Source: an uncultured Chloroflexia bacterium | GTDB taxonomy: Bacteria > Chloroflexota > Chloroflexia > Thermomicrobiales > UBA6265 | Reading direction: 5' to 3' | DNA: 64,000 nucleotides | NCBI GenBank assembly: GCA_963724295.1 | Contig: CAVRUC010000007.1 | Location: forward strand, 32,001-96,000 | Part shown: positions 55,462 to 64,000 of the stretch, piece after piece | Layout: every line of letters begins with the position of its first letter | Position numbering within the stretch: the first letter of the stretch is position 1 | The notes under the pieces: generated by a model | What the model saw: the letters and a program-made list of their open reading frames with translations, nothing else | Databases searched by the model: none | Told to the model about the DNA's origin: nothing | Position numbers and translations under genes: made by a program

Positions 55462-56461
55462 CCCCCCGGCGGTGGCGGCAGGGGCGCCGGAGTCGGAGCG
55501 GGGCTCACCGGCTCAGGCGTCCTGGTTGGAGTGGGCGTACTGGTTGCTGGTCGGCCGCGGCGTGCTCGTCGGCCGCGGCGTGCTGGTCGGCGGCACCGGC
55601 GTGCTGGTCGGCGGCACCGGCGTGCTCGTCGGCGGGACAGGTGTGTTCGTCGGCGGGACAGGTGTGTTCGTCGGGGGCACGGGAGTGCTGGTCGGCGGGA
55701 CTGGAGTCGCCGTCGGCGGCACGGGCGTCGCTGTCGGTGGAATCGGTGTGGCGGTAGGCGGCACCGGCGTGTTCGTTGGCGGGACAGGGGTACTCGTCGG
55801 AGGAACGGGAGTGCTGGTCGGAGGCACGGGAGTGCTGGTTGGCACGGGTGTACGCGTCGGAGGAATCGGCGTCTCGGTCGGCTCGACCAAGGGAACGATC
55901 ACGGCGCGAGGGGTTGCAGCTTCCGGCGTCGCGGGCTCGGCCTCAGGAGTAGCTTCAGGGGTGGCAAGTTGGGCAAGGGGTGTTACACCCGCGACGAAGG
56001 GTGAAGCCTCTGGGTGTCGCTGCTCGCGGAGTGGCCGGAGCAATGGGTGTTGCTTCCGGAGTCGCCGCGGGCGTAGCCATGACCGGCGTCCCCTCGGCGA
56101 CCAGCGTTGCAACGGTTGCTATGGGAGTCGCCCCAGGCACAACGGGCGTCGCGGCCTCGGCCATTGGTGTCGCCTCGGTGACTGGTGTCGCTTCGATGCC
56201 AATCGGCGTCGCGGCGATTGGCGTAGCGACCGCCGCGACCGGCGTAGCGATCTGAACCTCAGGAGTTGCCTCCTCGGCAACAGCCGGGGTCGCCTCCTCG
56301 GGGGCCGCGGTCTCCTCGACCAGAGGCACCTCCGTCGCCACAGCCGGTTCGGTCGGAGTTGGCGGAGGCGCTTCGTCACCGCAAGCGGCGAGAATCAAGA
56401 TTGCGGCGGCGCTCATGGTAAGCACCGGAAGCCGGGGACGGGTCGAGCGAAGACCTGGCAT
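55458..56461 (-). CDS. Pro/Thr-rich repetitive lipoprotein (frameshifts near 56010 and 55548)
   Basis: Lipobox ILAAC; ATP repeats then PT[NSA]TPVP heptad repeats; reconstructed stop overlaps HMG-CoA lyase ATG (ATGA). Confidence 0.8.
55550..55880. repeat. Coding 21-nt and 18-nt tandem repeats (PTx[10 protein letters not shown])
   Basis: Units like GTGCTGGTCGGCGGCACCGGC with synonymous variation. Confidence 0.9.
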
Positions 56462-56675
56462 GGTTGAGCCTCTTCGTGGACGACGGGCGGACCTTCCCCG
56501 ATCCCCCGGACAACGTGCCAACGGAGTCACACCGTATCGTCATCGTACGGCTATGTTGATTTCCTCGCAAGCGGTGTCGTAAATGATGAGCCGCCTAGGC
56601 GCTCTGCTTGTAGCAAAGCGCGTGCCCCGGTATACTTTTTCGCGCCGTTCCGAGGCTATGGCGATCTCGGCGCCT

Positions 56676-56756
56676 GGGCGAGTGCCAGAGTGGTTAAATG
56701 GGCCTGACTGTAAATCAGGTGCGAAAGCTACGGTGGTTCGAATCCGCCCTCGCCCA
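56676..56756 (+). tRNA. tRNA-Tyr(GTA)
   Basis: GGGCGAG/CTCGCCC-A, loop CT-GTA-AA, long variable arm; TATACT -10 at 56631. Confidence 0.96.
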
Positions 56757-56794
56757 CCGACTGCCGGTGTAGACTCGCGCGGTCGCTGCCACGG

Positions 56795-56867
<73 letters not shown>

Positions 56868-56982
56868 CCTGCGAAGGTTCGGCGGCGAGAGGCTCTATTG
56901 AGCCTCTTTTCGTGTTGCGCGGACCGCTAGATGTGTTGATGTAGGACGTCATCCTGAATGGATGAGAGGAGCAAACGGGACC

Positions 56983-58183
<1,201 letters not shown>

Positions 58184-58289
58184 GCCACAAGTGGTATCAT
58201 CATCGTTCGGCGCCCGCATCGCGGGCGTCCAACGACGCGCGTCTTGAATCAGCATTGCCAAGCGCGGGCCTAATTGAGGACACACGAGG

Positions 58290-58460
58290 ATGGCGAAAAA
58301 GGGTAAGGCCGATCGGATCGTAATTACGCTCGAGTGCACTGAGTGCCGCGAGCGAAACTACACGAGCGAGAAAAACCGCCGCAACGATCCGTCACGGCTC
58401 GAGTTGAAAAAGTTCTGCCCGCGCTGCCGCGCGCATCACTTGCATCGCGAGACGCGCTAG
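58290..58460 (+). CDS. rpmG: 50S ribosomal protein L33 (Zn-binding form)
   Basis: [56 protein letters not shown]; below the ORF track cutoff. Confidence 0.97.
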   Translation: MAKKGKADRIVITLECTECRERNYTSEKNRRNDPSRLELKKFCPRCRAHHLHRETR

Positions 58461-58493
58461 GGCAGGGAGACGATTCGCTTCGCGCCACGACCT

Positions 58494-58569
58494 AGGGCTG
58501 TAGCTCAATTGGTAGAGCAGCGGTCTCCAAAACCGCAGGTTGCAGGTTCGAGTCCTGTCGGCCCTGCCA
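58494..58569 (+). tRNA. tRNA-Trp(CCA)
   Basis: AGGGCTG/CGGCCCT-G-CCA, loop CT-CCA-AA; between rpmG and secE. Confidence 0.97.
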
Positions 58570-58675
58570 GGTGGTGGAGCGGCGAAGCGGATGGATGGGG
58601 GCGTTACCACGGTGGGACGCCCCCGAAAAATGTTCGGTGAACCGGAACTGAGAGCGGTTCCGGAGAGGGCGACAC

Positions 58676-58993
58676 GTGATGAGCAGCCAACCCCCGTCAG
58701 TCGCCAAACCACGCAGCGCTTCGCCAACGAGCCGCGCTGAGGCGGCGCGCCCGCCGAAACCAACGGTTGAGCGGGAGCGACAAGGTGAGTCCGAGCGAAG
58801 CGCCTATGGCTCTCGGATCAACCAGATCAAGAAGCAGTGGTTCGACACAGTTGCTGAGTTGAAGAAGGTCACATGGCCCGACAGGGAAACGACGAAAAAT
58901 CTGACGCTGGTAGTGATTGGCATCTCCGCGGTCCTGGGCGCTCTGCTGGGCGGCCTCGATTGGGTACTACAGCAGTTGTTTGCGTTGCTCTGA
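58676..58993 (+). CDS. secE: Preprotein translocase SecE
   Basis: ELKKVTWP followed by a single TM. Confidence 0.94.
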   Translation: MMSSQPPSVAKPRSASPTSRAEAARPPKPTVERERQGESERSAYGSRINQIKKQWFDTVAELKKVTWPDRETTKNLTLVVIGISAVLGALLGGLDWVLQQLFALL

Positions 58994-59032
58994 TGAATGG
59001 CCGGCGTCCCTTCGTGCGAGGAGGTGACTGAG

Positions 59033-59632
59033 ATGTCACGAGTGTCACTCCGTGAGCGGCTGATTGCGAAGCGTGCCAATGAGGCTGGAGAGGAAGCTGA
59101 GCCGCTCGAAGGTCAGTGGTACGTCCTGCATACCTATTCGGGGTACGAAAACAAGGTCAAGAAGTCGATCGAGACCCGCATCGAGGCCCTCGATCTGACC
59201 GACCGGGTCTACGAGATCGTCGTTCCTACTCAGGACGAGATCGAGATACGATCCGGACAACGGCACACGGTGCAGAAAAAGGTCTTCCCCGGCTATGTGC
59301 TGGTGCGCATGGAGATGGATGACGACACCTGGTATGCCCTGCGTAACACTCCGGGGGTGACGGGGTTCGTCAACATCAACAACGTGCCGGTTCCTCTGCC
59401 GGACTCAGAGGTGCAAAGCATCATCAAGGGCATGACCGCGGAGGCGCCGCGAGTCAAGATTTCGTTCCAGGTAGGCGACACGGTGCGCATCACCGATGGT
59501 CCATTTGCCGACTTTCGCGGTGAGATCGACGAGATTAGCCAGGAGAAGGGCAAGATCCGCGTGCTCGTCTCGTTCTTCGGACGGGAAACGCCGGTCGAGC
59601 TCGACTTCCTACAGGCCGAGCGGGAATCGTAG
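59033..59632 (+). CDS. nusG: Transcription factor NusG
   Basis: WYVLHTYSGYE, FPGYVLV, NTPGVTGF, KOW GPFADF..FGRETPVEL; GGAGGTG SD. Confidence 0.98.
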   Translation: MSRVSLRERLIAKRANEAGEEAEPLEGQWYVLHTYSGYENKVKKSIETRIEALDLTDRVYEIVVPTQDEIEIRSGQRHTVQKKVFPGYVLVRMEMDDDTWYALRNTPGVTGFVNINNVPVPLPDSEVQSIIKGMTAEAPRVKISFQVGDTVRITDGPFADFRGEIDEISQEKGKIRVLVSFFGRETPVELDFLQAERES

Positions 59633-59703
59633 CGACGTAGCGACACCGAGCTGGCTCGTGGATCACCGCTCGCCTGGCTCGACGTGCGAGGAGAATCAGA
59701 ACC

Positions 59704-60129
59704 GTGGCAAAACGCGTGAGGGGATACGTCAAACTTCAGATTCCGGCCGGAAAGGCGACGCCGGCGCCGCCGATTGGTCCTGCCCTGGGTCAGCACGGCG
59801 TGGCGATCATGGAGTTCTGCAAGCAGTACAACGAGCGCACGCAGGCGATGGCCGGTCAAATCGTGCCCGTCATGATCACGGTCTATGAGGACCGATCCTT
59901 CACATTCGTAACCAAGACACCCCCGGCGGCCGACCTGTTGCGCCGGGCGGCGGGAGTCGAAAAGGGATCTGGCAGGCCCAATACCCAAAACGTCGGTCGG
60001 GTTACTGGAGATCAGATTCGAGAGATCGCCGAAGTCAAGATGCGCGATCTGAATGCCGTCGATCTTGATGGCGCCATCAAACAGGTCGAGGGTACCGCAC
60101 GCAGCATGGGGATTGAGGTGGTAGCGTAG
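59704..60129 (+). CDS. rplK: 50S ribosomal protein L11
   Basis: [23 protein letters not shown]. Confidence 0.98.
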   Translation: MAKRVRGYVKLQIPAGKATPAPPIGPALGQHGVAIMEFCKQYNERTQAMAGQIVPVMITVYEDRSFTFVTKTPPAADLLRRAAGVEKGSGRPNTQNVGRVTGDQIREIAEVKMRDLNAVDLDGAIKQVEGTARSMGIEVVA

Positions 60130-60154
60130 GACCGACGATCGGTCCAGCACACGA

Positions 60155-60185
60155 GTGGGAGGGGTACGCGCCCCGGTAGCACCAC
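60155..60185 (+). promoter_or_regulatory. Probable L1-binding autoregulatory site
   Basis: GTGGGAG-hairpin-ACCAC next to the rplA SD, matching the known L1 target pattern. Confidence 0.7.
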
Positions 60186-60197
60186 AGGAGGATGAGC

Positions 60198-60923
60198 ATG
60201 CCGAAGCACGGAAAGAAATACCTCGAGGCCGGGAAGAAGATCGATTCCGACAGACTCTATGCTCCCGATGAAGCGGTGAGCTTGCTGCGAGACATTACCT
60301 TCGCCAACTTCGATGAGACGATCGAGGTGCACGCCCGGCTCGGCATCGATCCGCGGCAAGCCGATCAGACCGTTCGTTCCACGGTCGTACTTCCTCATGG
60401 CACCGGGAAAACAGTCCGGGTCCTCGTATTCGCGGCCGGCGAAGCGGAGCGGGTAGCACGAGATGCCGGAGCCGATTTCGCCGGTGTCGACGATCTGGTG
60501 CAGCAGATTCAGGGTGGTTGGTTGGAGTTCGACGCCGCGATAGCCATGGCCGATCAGATGGGCAAGGTCGGCGGGCTGGGACGCATCCTGGGGCGCCGCG
60601 GTCTGATGCCGAATCCGCGCTCCGGCACGGTGGTGCGTGACGTAAGCGATCTTCCCGGGGTTCTCTCGGAACTCAAGGGCGGTCGCGTCGAGTTCCGCAA
60701 TGACCGCACTGGCATCGTCCACCTCGGTATCGGGCGCAAGAGCTTTAGCGACGTCCAGATCCGGGGCAACCTCTTTGCGTTTGTCGACGCGCTGCAGCGA
60801 GCGAAGCCGACTGGCGCCAAGGGCGTCTACCTGCGTACACTGACAGTCAAGAGCACGATGTCCCCTGGCATTCATCTCGATGTCCCGGCGACGGTGGCAG
60901 CGGCCGGCGAGGCCGCGGCCTAG
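60198..60923 (+). CDS. rplA: 50S ribosomal protein L1
   Basis: FDETIE, LPHGTGK, GLMPNP, STMSPG. Confidence 0.98.
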   Translation: MPKHGKKYLEAGKKIDSDRLYAPDEAVSLLRDITFANFDETIEVHARLGIDPRQADQTVRSTVVLPHGTGKTVRVLVFAAGEAERVARDAGADFAGVDDLVQQIQGGWLEFDAAIAMADQMGKVGGLGRILGRRGLMPNPRSGTVVRDVSDLPGVLSELKGGRVEFRNDRTGIVHLGIGRKSFSDVQIRGNLFAFVDALQRAKPTGAKGVYLRTLTVKSTMSPGIHLDVPATVAAAGEAAA

Positions 60924-60954
60924 GGGTTCGGCTCGGCACAACCAACGATCTGTC

Positions 60955-61080
60955 CCGGCCGAAGACCGTCGGTGCGGCGTTTTTGCCGCTTAATTTCCGA
61001 CCGAGGCCCGGAAGTGCTCATGGCGAGGCGAACTCTGCCTTCCTGCGCCCCGGGTCGATCTGACCCGGGGCCGTTTCGTT
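60955..61080 (+). promoter_or_regulatory. L10 leader with terminator-like hairpin
   Basis: AAGACCGTCGG..TTAA..CCGACCGAGG followed by GCCCCGGGTC-GATCT-GACCCGGGGC. Confidence 0.8.
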
Positions 61081-61115
61081 GGCGGTAACGCCACCGAGGA
61101 AGGAGGTGAATTTCG

Positions 61116-61649
61116 ATGCCAACTCGTCAGAAGGCGAAAACCATCGACCAGCTATCCGATCAACTGACCCGGGCGAACCTGGTGATCGTTACGGATTACC
61201 GCGGACTCAAGGTCGCGGATCTGCAGACACTGCGCGGCAATCTGCGCCCGTCTGGGGCTGAATTCCACATCGCCAAGAACACACTGACCCGCATCGCCGC
61301 CGGAAACGCCGGCGTCGTGGGGCTCGATCCATTGCTCGAGGGTCCGTCCGCGCTGGTCTTCTCATTCGAAGATGCGGTGCAGACAGCGAAGGCGGTCAGC
61401 GACTTCGTTCGCACGTCCCGAATTCTTTCGGTCAAGGGCGGCGTGATGGGTGACCGCGCAGTCTCGGCTGCGGACGTGGAGACGATCGCCACGCTGCCGT
61501 CGCGAGAAGAGCTGCAGGCGCGGCTCCTCGGGATGCTGGTCTCGCCGATGGCACGGACCCTTTCGGTCCTGTCCGGTCCGTCCCGCTCGATGGTCTACGT
61601 GCTCAACGCTCGGGTCGAGCAGCCGGAGCTAGCGCAGGCCACGGGATAA
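61116..61649 (+). CDS. rplJ: 50S ribosomal protein L10
   Basis: DYRGL, KNTL, LPSREEL; GGAGGTG SD. Confidence 0.97.
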   Translation: MPTRQKAKTIDQLSDQLTRANLVIVTDYRGLKVADLQTLRGNLRPSGAEFHIAKNTLTRIAAGNAGVVGLDPLLEGPSALVFSFEDAVQTAKAVSDFVRTSRILSVKGGVMGDRAVSAADVETIATLPSREELQARLLGMLVSPMARTLSVLSGPSRSMVYVLNARVEQPELAQATG

Positions 61650-61743
61650 AGCACAGGCCTAGGTGCCCGAGTGGGCGCCTCATTTCGAACGACTGAAGCA
61701 TACGCTGGCCCGCCATCGGGCCCGAAACTCAAGGAGTAAGAAC

Positions 61744-62127
61744 GTGGATCAGGAGCAAGTCATCACCACGCTCGAGGGCATGACGGTTCTCGAACTCAAC
61801 GCCCTCGTCAAGCAACTGGAAGAGCGCTGGGGCGTCAGCGCGGCGGCGCCGATGGCCGTGGGCGTGGCGGCCGGTGCTACAGGTGGCACGGCGGCAGCGG
61901 CTCCGGAAGAGGAGCAAACTGAATTCGACGTCATGCTCACCGAGATCGGCGCGAACAAGATTCAGGTCATCAAGGCGGTACGGGAGCTGACGCAACTCGG
62001 TCTCAAGGAGGCCAAGGACCTCGTCGACAGCGCGCCCAAGGCCGTACGACAGGGCGTCTCGCGGGAAGAGGCCGACGCGGCCAGAGCCAAGCTGGAAGAA
62101 GCGGGAGCGACCGTCCAGGTCCAGTAG
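61744..62127 (+). CDS. rplL: 50S ribosomal protein L7/L12
   Basis: [38 protein letters not shown] before GTG. Confidence 0.98.
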   Translation: MDQEQVITTLEGMTVLELNALVKQLEERWGVSAAAPMAVGVAAGATGGTAAAAPEEEQTEFDVMLTEIGANKIQVIKAVRELTQLGLKEAKDLVDSAPKAVRQGVSREEADAARAKLEEAGATVQVQ

Positions 62128-62148
62128 CCTCGCCAACGCGCGTAGAGT

Positions 62149-62188
62149 GGAGAGTCGCCGACTCGTGCTGGCGGCTCTCCATTGAGTT
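62149..62188 (+). terminator. Hairpin after rplL
   Basis: GGAGAGTCGCC..GGCGGCTCTCC stem with weak U tract. Confidence 0.55.
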
Positions 62189-62215
62189 GACAGTCGATAG
62201 GCCGGCTGCTACAGT
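62187..62215 (+). promoter_or_regulatory. Sigma70 promoter of trp leader
   Basis: TTGACA-17 bp-TACAGT with TG extension. Confidence 0.8.
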
Positions 62216-62227
62216 CGGCCGACAATC

Positions 62228-62531
62228 GAAGAGCGTAACGACGTTGATCGGAGCGAGTAGGCGCCGCCAACTGTGGGCGGAGCGATCCGGGGATGGTGCA
62301 AGCCCGGAGCCCCTGTGGCGCCGAATGGGTCCGTGAGTCGCGTCCCGAACAGTCGCAAGACCGAGTAGGCGGCGCCGAAAACTCCCCCGTTACAGGGAGG
62401 CGCGTGATCCTTGGCGGCAACGCCCGTCGCGCGGCAGAGTGGGATCCGGAGTGACCCGGATCCAACGAGGGTGGTACCGCGGAGCGTTTCCTACGCCTCC
62501 GTCCCTTCTGGGACGGGGGTTTTTTTGTTTT
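62228..62531 (+). promoter_or_regulatory. Trp-specific T-box riboswitch (transcriptional)
   Basis: AGTA motifs, GGTGCAA loop, specifier GAA-TGG at 62323-62328, T-box AACGAGGGTGGTACCGCG at 62464-62481, terminator CTCCGTCCC-TTCT-GGGACGGGG plus T tract. Confidence 0.92.
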
Positions 62532-62558
62532 CGGTGAGAGCGCGGTGAGGAGGTAGCG

Positions 62559-64000
62559 ATGATCCAAGCGATAAAGACCGGTTCCAACACGCGGGGGCGG
62601 TCGGAGCGCTGGTCGACGCGACCTTCTCTGGAAGAGGTTGCCGCGATCGCAGGCGACGACAATGAGATCCGGGCGGTGCCCATCTTTCGCGAGGTAATGG
62701 CGGACTTGGAGACTCCCGTCAGCGCCTATCTCAAGATCCGCGGCTCCGGCCCGGCCTTCTTGCTCGAGAGCATCGAGGGCGGCGAGCGACTGGCGCGTTA
62801 TTCGTTCATTGGGTCCGAGCCGATCGCGCTGCTCACCATGCGCGGCGGCGTGGCGACACTGGAATCTGTAGGCGGGCAGAAAACCGCCACGCCATACGAT
62901 GATCCGCTAGTGCCGCTAGCGGAGTTGGTTGCCGCCCGTCGGGCGCCCGAGATGCCGGATCTCCCCCTCCCACGGTTTACCGGCGGTGCGGTCGGGTATC
63001 TCTCCTACGAAGCGGTCAGAGCATTTGAACCGCGAGTGCCGTCAGCACCGGGAGCCGGACTCGACCTTCCGGACGGGGTCTGGATGCTGACCGACGCCTT
63101 ACTGGTGTTCGACCACCTGGCGAGGACGATCAAGGCGGTGGCCCACGTCCCTCTGGACGAAGACCTGCCCCTCGCCGAGGCCTACGAGCGAGCCGAAGCG
63201 AGGATCAACGAGCTCATCACCCGCCTGCGCACTGAGCAACCGGCCATGCCGATCGGCGGCGAGCTATCGCTGCGCACCGCTGAAGAGCGGCAAGTACCGA
63301 ACACCTCGCGGGAGCGGTACCTGGAGATGGTGAAAACGGCGCGGGAATATATTGCGGCCGGGGATATCTTCCAGGTCGTTCTCTCGCAGCGCGTCGACGT
63401 CGCCAGTAACGTCCACCCGTTCACGGTCTATCGCGCCTTGCGCACGATCAACCCGTCGCCGTACATGTTCTACCTCGACTTCGTCGACCATCAGATCGTG
63501 GGGGCCTCGCCTGAGCTGCTCGTTCGCCTGGAGGGCCGCACCGTGGCCAATCACCCAATCGCGGGAACCCGACCGCGGGGAGCCACGCCGGCGGAGGACG
63601 AGGCTTTCGCCAGCGACCTCCTGGCGGATGACAAAGAGCGAGCGGAGCACGTCATGCTGGTCGATCTCGGCCGCAATGATATCGGCCGTGTCTCGGCGCC
63701 GGGAACAGTCAGCGTGCCTCGCTTCATGGAGATCGAACGCTACTCCCACGTGATGCACATCGTCAGCAACGTCGAGGGCGAGATCGCGGAAGGACTCAGC
63801 GGACTCGACGCATTGCGGGCGTGCTTCCCGGCCGGCACCGTGTCCGGCGCGCCAAAGATCCGCGCTATGGAGATCATTGCCGAGCTGGAGACGGATCGCC
63901 GTGGCCCCTACGCGGGAGCAGCCGGCTACGTCGACTTCTCGGGTGGGATGGATACCGCGATCGCGCTGCGCACGATGGTGATCAAGGACGGGGTCGTGTC
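62559..64000 (+). CDS. trpE: Anthranilate synthase component I (runs off window end)
   Basis: DLETPVSAYLK, LLES, GDIFQVV, NPSPYM, IAGTRPR, AEHVMLVDLGRND, GTVSGAPK; GAGGAGG SD. Confidence 0.96.
   Translation, partial: MIQAIKTGSNTRGRSERWSTRPSLEEVAAIAGDDNEIRAVPIFREVMADLETPVSAYLKIRGSGPAFLLESIEGGERLARYSFIGSEPIALLTMRGGVATLESVGGQKTATPYDDPLVPLAELVAARRAPEMPDLPLPRFTGGAVGYLSYEAVRAFEPRVPSAPGAGLDLPDGVWMLTDALLVFDHLARTIKAVAHVPLDEDLPLAEAYERAEARINELITRLRTEQPAMPIGGELSLRTAEERQVPNTSRERYLEMVKTAREYIAAGDIFQVVLSQRVDVASNVHPFTVYRALRTINPSPYMFYLDFVDHQIVGASPELLVRLEGRTVANHPIAGTRPRGATPAEDEAFASDLLADDKERAEHVMLVDLGRNDIGRVSAPGTVSVPRFMEIERYSHVMHIVSNVEGEIAEGLSGLDALRACFPAGTVSGAPKIRAMEIIAELETDRRGPYAGAAGYVDFSGGMDTAIALRTMVIKDGVV

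Noticed and set aside
55550..55880. CRISPR-like array
   Set aside because: Contiguous codon-phased repeats without unique spacers; no cas genes

Overview
Housekeeping-rich, high-GC chromosomal window, most likely from a Chloroflexota bacterium of the Thermomicrobiales type. This is inferred from a shortened 16S helix, short-form EF-Ts, ATP-motif exported proteins and gene order; no database search was run. Contents in order: (1) 3' part of an rrn operon (16S-tRNAIle-tRNAAla-23S-5S-tRNAfMet) and comF; (2) rpsB-tsf-pyrH-frr-uppS-cdsA-dxr; (3) an envelope/cytoskeleton block, with two bactofilins and a Cys-rich bitopic SH3 protein divergent from a small ORF, a 556-aa multi-wHTH-like protein, a HEAT protein, FemABX and MurE; (4) lepA-mazG-aspS, murJ, rpsT, a 6S RNA upstream of holA, fabF, and a SigA-type sigma factor with an attenuator-like leader; (5) yebC-ruvC-tlyA-larB, hbd-B12 mutase small subunit-meaB, pth, tat-tgt-acpS-nnrD-CBS-alr and assorted metabolic genes; (6) tRNATyr-tRNAThr-tuf-rpmG-tRNATrp-secE-nusG-rplKAJL and a Trp T-box leader before trpE (truncated by the window edge). 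No CRISPR, transposase, integrase or prophage was seen. Several conserved genes (uppS, lepA, alr, tuf) are frameshifted, best explained as sequencing or assembly indels. The best candidates for undescribed biology are the 12.1-20.4 kb block, the sigma-factor leader, the 6S RNA-holA arrangement and a 25-aa membrane peptide; all are hypotheses from motif reading.
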